DNA of 64,000 bases from Actinomycetota bacterium. Lineage in GTDB: Bacteria; Actinomycetota; Acidimicrobiia; Acidimicrobiales; Ilumatobacteraceae. A program made the translations under genes and the position numbers. The stretch lies in contig JACQZX010000035.1 in NCBI GenBank assembly GCA_016213665.1, positions 1,037-65,036 of the forward strand, written 5' to 3'. The first letter of the stretch is position 1; every line of letters starts with the position of its first letter. Below are positions 45,210 to 55,861 of the stretch, in pieces. The notes beneath the pieces were generated by a model. It made no database searches. It worked only from the letters and a program-made list of their open reading frames with translations, and was not told where the DNA came from.

Positions 45210-46220
45210 TCACCGCTCGTCGGACGGCGGCATTTCCTCCGGAATCGAAATCGTGTCGCGACGGGTGTCGCGCAGAGAGAATCCAACCGAAGCCAGCAGC
45301 ACTATTGCAATCACCAGTAGCGAGATCCAGGTGGCGATGTGCACATCAAAGAACGTCAGGATCATCTTGACGCCGACGAACGCAAGAATGGTTGCCAGAC
45401 CCTGCTGCAGAAAGCTGAACCGCGCCCGCATGTCAGCCAGCAGGAAGTACAGGGAACGCAGACCCATGATCGCGAACGCGTTCGAGGTGAAAACGATGAA
45501 CTGCTCACCGCTCACTGCGAGCACTGCCGGCACCGAGTCGACGGCAAACAACACATCGGTGAGTTCGACCAGCACGAGAACCGCGAACAGTGGCGTCGCC
45601 AGGCGACGGCCACCAATGCGCGTGAACAACTTCTGGCCGTCGAGTTGGTCAGTACTGGGAACGAACCGATGGACGAGCCTCATGAATTTGCTGTCGGCCG
45701 GATTGCTTTCGTCGTCGCCGTCGAGCACCAGCCTGACGGCGGTATAGAGCAGGAATGCTCCGAACACCACCAACGTGATATCGAACCTGTTCACCAGCGC
45801 GACCCCGGCGAAGATGAATCCGGCACGCATCACCAACGCTCCGAAAACACCCCAGAAGAGAACGCGGTGCTGGTATGCCATCGGCACCTTGAAGTGACTG
45901 AGGATCAGGGCCCACACGAAGACGTTGTCGATCGACAGGCTGTATTCGATGAGGTAGCCGGAGAACCACTCGCCGCCGGCAGATCCACCCCACCTCGCCA
46001 GCACCAGCACACCGAAGACAACGCCGACCAACAGCCATGACACCGTCTCCAGCGCCGCCCGCTGCACCGTCGGCTCCTTCGGTGTGCGATGGAGCACGAG
46101 TATGTCGAACAGCAAGAGAACCGCGATGGCGATCAGTGCCGCCACCCACGCCAGAACCGACACGTCGAGATCGACGAAGTTGCGGCTCGACGTCGACCCC
46201 AGCAGCGTCAACGCGCTCAA
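45210..46220 (-). CDS. TerC-family integral membrane protein
   Basis: Polytopic, with TerC-like repeats (EYSLSIDNVFV, ELTDVLFAVDSVPAV). TTG 46220 overlaps the upstream stop. Confidence 0.75.
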   Translation of the reverse strand: MSALTLLGSTSSRNFVDLDVSVLAWVAALIAIAVLLLFDILVLHRTPKEPTVQRAALETVSWLLVGVVFGVLVLARWGGSAGGEWFSGYLIEYSLSIDNVFVWALILSHFKVPMAYQHRVLFWGVFGALVMRAGFIFAGVALVNRFDITLVVFGAFLLYTAVRLVLDGDDESNPADSKFMRLVHRFVPSTDQLDGQKLFTRIGGRRLATPLFAVLVLVELTDVLFAVDSVPAVLAVSGEQFIVFTSNAFAIMGLRSLYFLLADMRARFSFLQQGLATILAFVGVKMILTFFDVHIATWISLLVIAIVLLASVGFSLRDTRRDTISIPEEMPPSDER

Positions 46221-46948
46221 TCGCGGCCGAGCAAGCCGCCGGCGATGCCGCCGAGCCCACTGCCCGAGTTGCCCGTGCCGACGAAGCTGGAGATCCACGT
46301 CATCAGCTCTGTCGGGTTGCGAGTTTGTGTCCAGACGCGGCCGGGGCCGGTGAAGTCGAATACGAATCCCTCACCGCTCTTGAAGCTCTGCACCAACCCA
46401 CCGCCGCTTGCCTTGCGCATGCCCATCGTGATCGAGTCTTCGTAGGCCACCATGTGCCCGGTGTCGACCGTGATGCCCTGCCCGGCGGCGAGGTTCCAAA
46501 CCTCGAGGGCGCCGTAACAAGCGAACACGACCGTGCCCTGACCATCAGCGCGGACGATGAAACCACCTTCCCCGCCGAACATGTTCTTGAAGCCGCCCCA
46601 CTTGGCATCGAGGTTGATCGTGACATCGTTGGCCAACCACGACCCCTTCTGGATGAACAGCGCGCGACCCGGCAGGACGTCGTAGGTGGTGATGTCGCCG
46701 GGCAGTCGCGCCGCCACGTCGACGAAGCCGCCGGCGGGAGGAGCGGTGTAAGTGCTGACGAAGAAACTCTCACCACCGAGCGCGGCCCGCTTGAGCGACT
46801 TCATGATGCCACCCTCTGCCTTCGCCGAAAGGGTGACGTCGGTCGACATCGCCATCATTGCGCCTGATTCGACCCGCACCGGCTCGTTGGGTGCGAGCGT
46901 GAGACGAGCCACACCGTAAGCCGGGCCCTGCCTTGTCTGAACTTGCAT
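46217..46948 (-). CDS. TIGR00266/AIM24 (DUF124) family protein
   Basis: GESFFVSTYT...GGEGGFIVRADGQGTVVFACYGA...VDTGHMVAYE. ATG 46948 follows GGAGAG. Confidence 0.7.
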   Translation of the reverse strand: MQVQTRQGPAYGVARLTLAPNEPVRVESGAMMAMSTDVTLSAKAEGGIMKSLKRAALGGESFFVSTYTAPPAGGFVDVAARLPGDITTYDVLPGRALFIQKGSWLANDVTINLDAKWGGFKNMFGGEGGFIVRADGQGTVVFACYGALEVWNLAAGQGITVDTGHMVAYEDSITMGMRKASGGGLVQSFKSGEGFVFDFTGPGRVWTQTRNPTELMTWISSFVGTGNSGSGLGGIAGGLLGRD

Positions 46949-46991
46949 ACTGCTCTCCGTTCTTCGAGCCGCCTGGTGAGACGGCAACCTG

Positions 46992-49670
46992 CTACTTCGT
47001 TTCGCTGTGCGAACCGCCGATGATCGCCTGCGCGGCTGCCAGCCGTGCGATCGGCACGCGGAATGGACTGCAACTGACATAGTCGAGGCCGGCCTCGTAG
47101 AACAGTTGGATGCTCTCGGGGTCGCCACCGTGCTCGCCGCAAACGCCGATCTTCAGACGGGGTTTCACCGAACGACCGCGAGCCACGCCGATACTGACAA
47201 GTTCGCCGACCCCGCCGCGGTCGATCGTCTCGAACGGGTTGCGCTTGAGCAGACCCTGCTCGATGTAAGCGGGCATCATCTTGCTCTCCACATCGTCGCG
47301 GCTGAAGCCGAACGTCATCTGGGTGAGGTCGTTGGTGCCGAAGCTGAAGAAATCGGACTCTTCCGCGATCTCGTCGGCGCGCAACGCCGCGCGCGGAGTC
47401 TCGATCATGGTTCCGATGGTGACGTTCGGTTTGCGAGTGAGGCCCTGTACGGCAGTGTCGATCTCGGTTTGCACCCAGCCCCGCGCCAACGACATCTCCT
47501 CGCGGGTGACGGTGAGCGGGATCATCACCTCCACGATCGGGTTCTTGCCTTTCTTGCGCAAGGCTGCGGCCGCGGCCATCAGCGCTTTCACTTGCATCGC
47601 ATAGAGACCCGGCTTCAACACTCCCAGGCGAACACCGCGAACGCCGATCATCGGGTTGTGCTCCGACCACTCCTCGGCGGCGGCGAGCTCCGCGGTCTCC
47701 GCCTTCGAAAGTGCGCCAGATCGCCACCAACGGCGTCGCTTCGACGCGCGTTTGATACGCAGTTCTTCAACGGACGGCAAGAACTCGTGTAGCGGTGGAT
47801 CGAGCAGTCGTACCGTGACAGGCAATCCATCCATCGCCGCAAGGATCTGCTCGAAGTCGATCTGTTGCACGCGGCCAAGTTCAAGCAACGCGGCAGTCTC
47901 CTCGGCGGCTGTCTCGGCCAGAATCATCCGACGAACCACCGGCAGCCGATCGGGTGCCAGGAACATGTGCTCTGTTCGGCACAGGCCGATTCCTTCTGCA
48001 CCCAGTTTGCGGGCGTTGGTTGCATCTTCACCGGTGTCGGCGTTGGTGCGCACGCCGAGCTTGCCCTTTCGAACCGCATCGGCCCACGCAAGTATCTCGT
48101 GGAACTCGGGCGGAGGCTTCGCCGCCGCCAGCGCCATCTCGCCGAGCATCACCTCGCCGGTGCTGCCATCGATGCTGATGACATCGCCCTCTTGGACAGT
48201 CACATCGCCGACGTGGAACTGCTTGCCATCGATCTTGATCGCGTCGGCACCGACGATCGCAGGGGTACCCCAGCCGCGGGCCACGACCGCCGCGTGGCTG
48301 ACGAGCCCTCCGCGGGCGGTGAGGATGCCCTGGCTGACCATCATGCCGTGCACATCCTCGGGACTGGTCTCGTTGCGAACCAGCACGACCTTCTCGCCGC
48401 GCTCGTCGGCATTCACCGCATCTTCGGCCGTGAAGTACACCTTGCCCACGGCTGCCCCCGGTGAGGCTGCCAGCCCCTTGGCCAGCGCCTTGCCTGTCTT
48501 GGCGAACTGCGGGTGGAGCACCTGATCGAGATGATCGGCGGCGACACGCATGATCGCCTCGTGCTTGGAGATCTTCCACTTGGCGGCGCCCTTGCCCTGC
48601 GGCGATGTCATCTCCACCGCCATCTTCAGCGCTGCCGCCCCGGTGCGTTTGCCGACGCGAGTCTGCAGCATCCACAACTTGCCTTGCTCGATGGTGAACT
48701 CGGTGTCGCACATGTCTTGGTAGTGACGCTCGAGTCGTGCGAAAATGACGAGTAGCTCGGCATGAATCTTCGGAAAGTGAAGCTTCATGTGGTCGAGATC
48801 CTCGGTGATGCGGATACCTGCCACAACGTCCTCGCCCTGCGCGTTGATCAGGAAGTCGCCATACGGTTTGTTCTGGCCAGTGGCGGCGTTGCGCGTGAAT
48901 CCGACGCCGGTACCACTATTCTCGTCGCGGTTCCCGAACACCATTACCTGCACGTTCACCGCCGTGCCGAGATCGTGGCTGATGCGTTCGCGCACGCGAT
49001 AGGCGATCGCTCGCGCACCGTTCCAGCTGGCGAACACAGCCTCGACCGCGCCGCGTAGCTGTTTGCGAGGTTGCTGCGGGAATGGCTTACCAGTTACCTT
49101 CTCGATCACGGACTTGTACTGCTCGCACAGATCCTTGAGTGCGGCGGCGGTCAGTTCCGCATCAGTCTTCGCGCCCACGACTTGCTTGGCCTTCGCCAGT
49201 GGACCCTCGAACAGGTCACCTTCAATTCCGAGAACGATGCGTCCGTACATCGCGATGAAACGGCGATAGCTGTCGAACGCGAAACGCTCGTCGCCGGTGA
49301 CTTTGGCAAGACCCTTCACGCTCTGGTCGTTGAGACCAAGGTTGAGGACTGTGTCCATCATGCCCGGCATCGAGAACTTCGCACCCGAACGCACCGACAC
49401 GAGCAGCGGATCGGAAGCGTCGCCGAGCCTGCGACGCATCGCCTTCTCGAGCTTGGCGACATGACCGGAGATCTCGTCGTCGAGCCCCTTGGGCCAGCCA
49501 CCGTGCATGTAGGCGCGGCAGGCATCGGTGCTGATCGTGAAGCCGGGGGGCACGGGCAACTGCAGCACACTGGTCATCTCGGCGAGGTTGGCACCCTTTC
49601 CGCCGAGCAGATCCTTGTACTGCATCGGAGGGCGGCGGTGCTTGTGATTGAAGGAGTAGACGTATGGCAC
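46992..49670 (-). CDS. ppdK: Pyruvate, phosphate dikinase
   Basis: KGANLAEM, the phospho-His loop GGLVSHAAVVARGWG, and the PEP-utilizing C-terminus CRTEHMF. Confidence 0.95.
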   Translation of the reverse strand: MPYVYSFNHKHRRPPMQYKDLLGGKGANLAEMTSVLQLPVPPGFTISTDACRAYMHGGWPKGLDDEISGHVAKLEKAMRRRLGDASDPLLVSVRSGAKFSMPGMMDTVLNLGLNDQSVKGLAKVTGDERFAFDSYRRFIAMYGRIVLGIEGDLFEGPLAKAKQVVGAKTDAELTAAALKDLCEQYKSVIEKVTGKPFPQQPRKQLRGAVEAVFASWNGARAIAYRVRERISHDLGTAVNVQVMVFGNRDENSGTGVGFTRNAATGQNKPYGDFLINAQGEDVVAGIRITEDLDHMKLHFPKIHAELLVIFARLERHYQDMCDTEFTIEQGKLWMLQTRVGKRTGAAALKMAVEMTSPQGKGAAKWKISKHEAIMRVAADHLDQVLHPQFAKTGKALAKGLAASPGAAVGKVYFTAEDAVNADERGEKVVLVRNETSPEDVHGMMVSQGILTARGGLVSHAAVVARGWGTPAIVGADAIKIDGKQFHVGDVTVQEGDVISIDGSTGEVMLGEMALAAAKPPPEFHEILAWADAVRKGKLGVRTNADTGEDATNARKLGAEGIGLCRTEHMFLAPDRLPVVRRMILAETAAEETAALLELGRVQQIDFEQILAAMDGLPVTVRLLDPPLHEFLPSVEELRIKRASKRRRWWRSGALSKAETAELAAAEEWSEHNPMIGVRGVRLGVLKPGLYAMQVKALMAAAAALRKKGKNPIVEVMIPLTVTREEMSLARGWVQTEIDTAVQGLTRKPNVTIGTMIETPRAALRADEIAEESDFFSFGTNDLTQMTFGFSRDDVESKMMPAYIEQGLLKRNPFETIDRGGVGELVSIGVARGRSVKPRLKIGVCGEHGGDPESIQLFYEAGLDYVSCSPFRVPIARLAAAQAIIGGSHSETK

Positions 49671-49744
49671 GGGGCGAGTCTACGGGTAGAGGTCGTCTCC
49701 ACGTATCGGTCCCGACCGACAGGCGTTGCCCGTAGGCTCGCCAC

Positions 49745-50956
49745 ATGCCAACCGCCGCGCCGCCGCGCTTGTTCGGCTTTCCTTTGCACGTCGGCTCCGG
49801 ATTCTGGCTGTTCATGGGCCTGATCGCCTTCGCCAACTCGTCCTACCTCGGGCTTGACGGGGCTGTGGTGTTTGCAGCGCTGATCGCCGGGCTAACCGTG
49901 GTCCACGAACTTGGCCATGCGTTCGCAGCTCGCGCCACCGGTGCCCGGGCCGAGATCTCGCTCGCATTCATGGTCGGTTACGCATCGTTCACCCCTACAC
50001 GAAAGCTGTCGCGTTGGGAGCACGTCGGCATCTCGTTCGCGGGGCCGGCGACGCAGATCATCGTCGGCGGCGCCGTTTACCTCGCGCTCGGCGGTCCCGT
50101 GTGGCCGTTGGAGGGACTGACGAACACGCAATTCTCGGCGCTCTGGGCCGGCCCGGTGATCGGGCTGTTCAACCTGTTGCCGATACTTCCATTCGACGGC
50201 GGCAACATCCTCGAACAAGCGGTCGGGGCGTTGCTACCCAAGCACGCTCGGCCGGTGATGTTGTGGTTCTCGGTCGTCCTCAGCGTCGTCGGCATTGTCG
50301 TGTTGTCGAGCAGGCCGGAACTGCGCGGATTCGTGATCTTCATGATGATTCCGTTGTTGACGGTCGGTCAGATGCTGTTCAGCGGTCGTGCCGCACGCAA
50401 CCACGCCAGCAGCCGCGAAGCCTTCGCGCGCGCCGAGGCTCTGGCGTGGGCGACGGGAGACGTATCGGGTTTCACTTCCGAACACTTGCCGTCGCCATGG
50501 TTTCGCGCCCACCAACAACTACAGCAGGGCCATCCAGATGTCGCTCGCCAGGTCTTGCTCGCCGACTTCGCCGATTCGTCGGCCGTCAACTGGTGGCCGC
50601 CAGACGCGGCATCTGTGCGCGACCTGGAGGCATTGATCAACTTGCTCGGCAGCCCACTGCCGCACGGTCGAGCCTTCAGCGACTTCGTGCTCTCGGGAAT
50701 CCTGCTGCGCTTGGGCAGGTACGAAGCGGCCGGCGCCTACGCGGCCACTGCCTATCAAGCTGCGCGACCGGCGATGTTGGCTGTGCACGTAGCGCGTGCG
50801 GCCGCCGCCTTGGGCGACAATGCGATGGCTGCGGCCTGGCTGCGCGCCGCCGCCAACACTGCCCCGGCAGAGGCGTTGCAGGTGGCCATTGCCGCCGCGC
50901 CCGAGTTTCAACGGATGCGCAACGACCCTGAATTCACGCAAGCTCTAGCGCCGTAA
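49745..50956 (+). CDS. Site-2 protease (M50) family membrane metalloprotease with C-terminal helical-repeat domain
   Basis: HELGHAF (HExxH), NLLPILPFDGG, multiple TM segments. Confidence 0.75.
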   Translation: MPTAAPPRLFGFPLHVGSGFWLFMGLIAFANSSYLGLDGAVVFAALIAGLTVVHELGHAFAARATGARAEISLAFMVGYASFTPTRKLSRWEHVGISFAGPATQIIVGGAVYLALGGPVWPLEGLTNTQFSALWAGPVIGLFNLLPILPFDGGNILEQAVGALLPKHARPVMLWFSVVLSVVGIVVLSSRPELRGFVIFMMIPLLTVGQMLFSGRAARNHASSREAFARAEALAWATGDVSGFTSEHLPSPWFRAHQQLQQGHPDVARQVLLADFADSSAVNWWPPDAASVRDLEALINLLGSPLPHGRAFSDFVLSGILLRLGRYEAAGAYAATAYQAARPAMLAVHVARAAAALGDNAMAAAWLRAAANTAPAEALQVAIAAAPEFQRMRNDPEFTQALAP

Positions 50957-50974
50957 CCGCGGCCTCGAGTCCGG

Positions 50975-51742
50975 TCAGCCGGTGAGGGCGCTCCGCTTCA
51001 CCATCGCCAGCGCGGTTTCGCCGAGCACACTGGTCACCACGCCAACCGAATTACCGTTCACGATGTACGCATCACCGGCGACTGTTCCGGACTCGACGAC
51101 GACGCGTCGTAGCAACCGCGGCCCTGAGGCACCACGACTGTCCATTCGTTCAACGAGCTCCTGACCCGGATAGCAGCCCTTGGTGAAGCAGACCGCCACC
51201 GGTATCACGCCGGTTTCGATCGGGATGGTTTCGCCCCCAACGATCTCGATCCCCATCGCCGGCCACGCCGAAGCAATTCGAGCCGCCAACAATTCATCAG
51301 ACGTGCCCTCGCGCGCGCCGGGCGGCGCGGTTGGAGCCGAACCGAGTAGATCGAATCCACCGACGTCACCGCCCCAACCGACGACACCGTTCAAGCCGAC
51401 GACATCGTTCAGCCCGACCGCATCGGAACTGATGCCCCGGATCGCAAGGCAACGCCAGGGCAGAATGCTGATCTCGGCCCGTACCCGAATCTTGAAGCGA
51501 TTCAGACGAGCAACCATGGTTTCACCGAAACCGGCGTCGGTGTCGAGCACGAACGTTTCTTCGGCCGTCCGCCACAGTCGCAGAAGAACCTCGACCCGCC
51601 CGCCCGGCTGCAAGAGGAAACTCCACGCCGATCCGCCGATCGGCAGCGGGCGAATGTCCTGCGACAGCTGCGAGTGCAGGAAGGTCGCAGCATCGGGCCC
51701 GGAAACCTGCACGACATCGCGAGGTACTTCGATCCAGAACAC
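50975..51742 (-). CDS. ygfZ: Folate-binding protein YgfZ (GcvT-like)
   Basis: KGCYPGQELVERM signature. Confidence 0.8.
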   Translation of the reverse strand: MFWIEVPRDVVQVSGPDAATFLHSQLSQDIRPLPIGGSAWSFLLQPGGRVEVLLRLWRTAEETFVLDTDAGFGETMVARLNRFKIRVRAEISILPWRCLAIRGISSDAVGLNDVVGLNGVVGWGGDVGGFDLLGSAPTAPPGAREGTSDELLAARIASAWPAMGIEIVGGETIPIETGVIPVAVCFTKGCYPGQELVERMDSRGASGPRLLRRVVVESGTVAGDAYIVNGNSVGVVTSVLGETALAMVKRSALTG

Positions 51743-51787
51743 TCACCCAGTGTCGCACCAGGGCGGACACATGCAACACTGTTTGAT

Positions 51788-52315
51788 ATGGAAACCGAAG
51801 TCGTTGTGCGCCGCGTCAGCGACGCCTTGCAGCAGACTTTTCGTCGACTCAGCACGCTCGCCACCGGTGTCGGCATCCTGGCCTTCCTCATCGGCGCGGC
51901 AACCTTCGCGACCGGACTGTGGATTTTCGACGAGAGCCGCGGCACGTGGGCTGTCATCGGCGGAGCGTTGTGCGGAATTCCGTTGCTGGCAGCACTTCTC
52001 GGCCGCCACCTGGTGCGCCGCACCGCCAAGCACGCACCAGAGTTGGTCGCCGACGTCCGCTCCTTTCTGGATACCTCGGTGAAGTCGGCGCAGGTCCTGA
52101 TCGATCACGACAGTGGCACGCCGATCGCCGGCTACGTGAAGAGCTTCGGTGAACTGCGCCGAGAGCTGCGAGACAGGCGCAAGGAACTACCGGCGTTGTT
52201 CGCCGGAGTCAAAGTGATCACGAGTGTGCCGGGCATCGCCGCCATCGCGGTGCTGGGCACCCTCATCGTCGGCGGATTGGGAACCGTGCTGCTCGTCGGC
52301 GGCATCATCGATTGA
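51788..52315 (+). CDS. Membrane protein, hypothetical
   Basis: Three to four TM segments. ATG 51788 within a longer ORF. Confidence 0.45.
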   Translation: METEVVVRRVSDALQQTFRRLSTLATGVGILAFLIGAATFATGLWIFDESRGTWAVIGGALCGIPLLAALLGRHLVRRTAKHAPELVADVRSFLDTSVKSAQVLIDHDSGTPIAGYVKSFGELRRELRDRRKELPALFAGVKVITSVPGIAAIAVLGTLIVGGLGTVLLVGGIID

Positions 52316-52337
52316 GGAACGCGGCAGAAGCCTTGAA

Positions 52338-52664
52338 CTACAGGTAGAGCCCGGTGCTGGCTTCGATGCGGCTGGCAGCGACCGCGTGCAGATCGCGTTC
52401 TCGCAGCATGATGAAGTCGGCGCCGCCGACCTCGACCTCGTAACGATCCTCTGGGCTGAACAACACGCGGTCGCCCACCTCCGCACTGCGGACGTTCTGG
52501 CCGAGAGCCACGACTTCGGCCCAGACCAGCCGCTTGGAAATCTGGGCGGTGGCGGGAATCAGAATGCCGCCGGTGGAACGACGTTCGCCATCACGCTCAG
52601 GAATGCGCACCAGCAGCCGATCATTGAGCATCTTGATCGGAAGCTTCTGATCGTCCAACTCCAC
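52338..52664 (-). CDS. GroES/Cpn10-family protein (divergent)
   Basis: KMLNDRLLV...GGILIP...GDRVLF pattern. Confidence 0.6.
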   Translation of the reverse strand: MELDDQKLPIKMLNDRLLVRIPERDGERRSTGGILIPATAQISKRLVWAEVVALGQNVRSAEVGDRVLFSPEDRYEVEVGGADFIMLRERDLHAVAASRIEASTGLYL

Positions 52665-52720
52665 GTCGGCAGGGTACCGTCGGGGGTATCACGTCCCCAA
52701 CGGGACCGGAAGGGATCTCA

Positions 52721-53281
52721 ATGGTGCATCAACACCGCTTCAACCGCCGGGCGGCAGTGAGTGCCGGGGTGTTGCTCAGCGTCATCGGCGTCGCCGCGTG
52801 CACCGACGACAGCGGTGGCGGCAGCAACTCGGCGTCGACCACGCTCCCGGGCGCCACCGGACCGGCGGCATCGACGACAATCCCGTTAGCGCCTCCAACC
52901 ACCTTCATCAGCGACTGCTCGGCGATGCCGGCAGCAACCGGCATCGCCACCATCGTCGGCTTTCCCATGGGTGAAGGGCAGGTGATCGGTGCCGGCACGT
53001 GCGAGTTCCGCGGACTCAACGAGCAAACACGAGTCGTCACCCTGAGCTTGTTCACCGATCCAGGTGATCAGGCCACCTTCACCGACCTACAAACGTCACT
53101 CGGCGCGGCCGCGCCGCTCAACGATCCCGCACTACCGAGCGCCCTCGTCGACGCTTCCTCGCTCGTCTACACCCCGGCCAACGGTGCCATCTACACGGTG
53201 AGAGTGCTTGTCACCGACGGCACGGCCGCCGAGCAGGTACCGCTGGCGGCGGCGATACTTCGCCTCTGGTTGGGCGTCTAG
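52721..53281 (+). CDS. Putative lipoprotein
   Basis: AGVLLSVIGVAACTDD lipobox. Confidence 0.55.
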   Translation: MVHQHRFNRRAAVSAGVLLSVIGVAACTDDSGGGSNSASTTLPGATGPAASTTIPLAPPTTFISDCSAMPAATGIATIVGFPMGEGQVIGAGTCEFRGLNEQTRVVTLSLFTDPGDQATFTDLQTSLGAAAPLNDPALPSALVDASSLVYTPANGAIYTVRVLVTDGTAAEQVPLAAAILRLWLGV

Positions 53282-53362
53282 GGCATCAATTGCAAGGGAA
53301 TTGGGGCGTTGGTGGCAGCGGGGCGAACTTAAGTCACCTCCCCGCAATACCGATACCAAAGG

Positions 53363-55861
53363 GTGAAGAAGCGGCGGTTCGATAGGGACCAATCGGCCGC
53401 GTCCATCGACGTGGCTGAAATCGCGCGGACGCTGGCAGATCCGGCGCTGTTGATCGACAACAGCGCGACTGTCCTGTGGGCGAACGCGGCCGCCGAGCGA
53501 CTGTTCGGCCTGCCGATCGGCGCCGGGATCGGGTTGAACAGCCTCGACTTCGTGCACCCGGACGATGTTCAGTTGGCGGCGCTGTCGATGGTGAGCGTGC
53601 GGTCCAAGGAGGTCGGCACACTGATCGAACTTCGGCTACGCGGCGACGACGGATGGCGACTGGTGGAAGTTCACGGCGCACCCGTCGGCGACAACCTGCT
53701 GCTCAGCCTGCGCGACCTCACCGAGCGGCGGCGTTGGGAGGTCGCCGGTGATGCGACTGCCCGCTTTCGATCGATCGTGCACAACGCCGCCTCCGTGCTG
53801 CTGTTGGTCACACCTGAGGGAGAAGTGGCCGCATCGTCGGGAGCGCTCACCAGACTGCTCGGCCACGACCAGGAGTGGCTCGAGCATCGTCCGCTTCTCG
53901 AACTGGTCGACGACAGCGACCGACCGCTGGTCGCAGAGCTGCTCGACAACATTGCCCCCGGACCCGGGGACGACCGGGTAGCGACGGCGGTCGACGTGCG
54001 CCTGCGACACGCCGCCGGATTTTCGGTTCCCTTCGCCCTCACCTTCGTGAACCTGATCGATGATCCCACCGTTGAGGGTCTGATCGTCAGCGGTCACGAC
54101 ATAACCGATCGACTGTTGGTGGAAGAAGACCTGCGCCAGGCGAACTCGCTGCTGTCGGCGACTCTCCAGTCCACCAACGACGGCATTCTCGTCGTCAATC
54201 TCCTCGGCAGAATCACCAGCTTCAACGACAAGTTCGCCCAACTCTGGAGCATTCCTGCCGACACACTGCACGCAGGACAGGACGACCAGGCCATCGCCTG
54301 CGTTCTCGATCAACTCGCCGACCCGAAGGCATTCGTCAGCAGAATCCAAGACCTTTACGCAAAGCCAGATGCGGAGAGCCACGACATCCTTCAGTTCAAG
54401 GATGGGCGTGTCTTCGAGCGCGACTCGCTGCCTCAGCGCATCAGTGGCGAAATCGTCGGGCGCGTGTGGAGTTTCCGCGACGTTACCGAGAATCGCAGAC
54501 TGGAGGGGGAACTAGTCCATCAGGCATTTCATGACTCACTGACGGGCCTGGCCAACCGTGCCCTGTTCTGCGATCGCGTCGAACACTCGGGAGCCCGGAT
54601 CGTGCGCAGCGGCGGCCAGCAGGCCGTGCTGTTCATCGACGTCGATGACTTCAAGCGCGTCAACGACAGCCTTGGGCACTCCGCGGGCGACTCGCTGCTC
54701 ATCGCCGTTGGCGAGCGCCTCGTCCACTGTCTCCGCCCAGGTGACACCGTCGCCCGCTTCGGCGGCGACGAATTCGCGGTCCTGGTCGAGGGTTTCGACG
54801 ATCCGTCGGCGGCCACGGATATTGCCGACCGAATTGTCAATGCGTTGCGTGAGCCGGTCGTCATCGATGGTCGCGACATGCCCGCGACCGTGAGCGTCGG
54901 CATCGCCTTCGATTCGGTGGGAGCTCCTGCCGATGAGCTCCTACGCAACGCCGACCTGGCGATGTACACCGCGAAGGCAAGCGGCAAGAACTGCGCTCGC
55001 GTCTTCGCCCGCGAGATGCACGATGCGACGATGCGACGACTCGACCTCGAGGCGCGTCTACGCGGCGCCGTAAGACGCGACGAACTCATCCTTCACTATC
55101 AGCCGATCGTCGAGTTGAGCACGGGACACATTCACGGCTTCGAGGCGCTCGTGCGCTGGCAGCACCCCGATGGTGACATGCTCCTACCTGCCGCTTTCAT
55201 CCCGCTCGCCGAGGAGAGCGAATTGATCAACGAAATCGGAGATCACGTACTCGCGGTCGCGTGCGAGCAAATGGCGAAATGGTGCTCGCTCGGCCACGGT
55301 CTGCCCCCGACGATGTCCGTCAACGTCTCACCACGCCAACTGCTCGACCGGAACTTCCCGGGCAGAGTCGAATCGATTCTCTCGTTCCATGGCCTCGACC
55401 CCGCGCAGCTGACACTGGAGATAACCGAGGGTGCCCTCATTCGCGATCCGGAAGCGGCCGCTCGGCGACTCAAGCAGCTCCGTCGGCTCGGCGTACGCAT
55501 CGCCGTCGACGACTTTGGAACGGGCTACTCGTCGCTCGCGTACCTGCAGCAGTTCCCCATCGACCAACTGAAGATCGACCGCTCGTTCGTTGCGAGCATG
55601 CTTGCCAGACCGGGTCTGTCGCTCGCCGGTGCGGTCGTACAGATCGCGCACTCGCTGGACATCGTTCCGATCGCCGAGGGCGTGGAGAACGAGGGACAGG
55701 TCGACCTATTACGCGTGCTCGGTTGCGACCTCGGGCAGGGTTACCACCTTGGAAGACCACTTGCCGAGGCAGCCGCGACCGAACTGTTGCACCGACAATG
55801 GGCCACAAGCGTCGAAGACGGCGCTATCCCTGTGCGCGCCGCGAGCGCCGCTCGGCTGTAG
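53363..55861 (+). CDS. PAS-PAS-PAS-GGDEF-EAL signalling protein
   Basis: RFGGDEFAVL (GGDEF), EALVRW (EAL), DDFGTGYSSL, and N-terminal PAS repeats. Confidence 0.9.
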   Translation: MKKRRFDRDQSAASIDVAEIARTLADPALLIDNSATVLWANAAAERLFGLPIGAGIGLNSLDFVHPDDVQLAALSMVSVRSKEVGTLIELRLRGDDGWRLVEVHGAPVGDNLLLSLRDLTERRRWEVAGDATARFRSIVHNAASVLLLVTPEGEVAASSGALTRLLGHDQEWLEHRPLLELVDDSDRPLVAELLDNIAPGPGDDRVATAVDVRLRHAAGFSVPFALTFVNLIDDPTVEGLIVSGHDITDRLLVEEDLRQANSLLSATLQSTNDGILVVNLLGRITSFNDKFAQLWSIPADTLHAGQDDQAIACVLDQLADPKAFVSRIQDLYAKPDAESHDILQFKDGRVFERDSLPQRISGEIVGRVWSFRDVTENRRLEGELVHQAFHDSLTGLANRALFCDRVEHSGARIVRSGGQQAVLFIDVDDFKRVNDSLGHSAGDSLLIAVGERLVHCLRPGDTVARFGGDEFAVLVEGFDDPSAATDIADRIVNALREPVVIDGRDMPATVSVGIAFDSVGAPADELLRNADLAMYTAKASGKNCARVFAREMHDATMRRLDLEARLRGAVRRDELILHYQPIVELSTGHIHGFEALVRWQHPDGDMLLPAAFIPLAEESELINEIGDHVLAVACEQMAKWCSLGHGLPPTMSVNVSPRQLLDRNFPGRVESILSFHGLDPAQLTLEITEGALIRDPEAAARRLKQLRRLGVRIAVDDFGTGYSSLAYLQQFPIDQLKIDRSFVASMLARPGLSLAGAVVQIAHSLDIVPIAEGVENEGQVDLLRVLGCDLGQGYHLGRPLAEAAATELLHRQWATSVEDGAIPVRAASAARL

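Noticed and set aside
46220-46300. A yybP-ykoY (Mn) riboswitch, as often found upstream of TerC-family genes.
   Set aside because: There is no intergenic space. The TerC start (TTG 46220) overlaps the stop of the upstream AIM24-family gene.
55824-55861. A convergent 38-bp overlap of the GGDEF-EAL and homocysteine methyltransferase genes. A similar 35-bp overlap of rlmN and the M23 peptidase lies at 62748-62782.
   Set aside because: Both are real as defined by stop codons, but short convergent overlaps are common in compact high-GC genomes. I see no structure or extra ORF that gives them special meaning.
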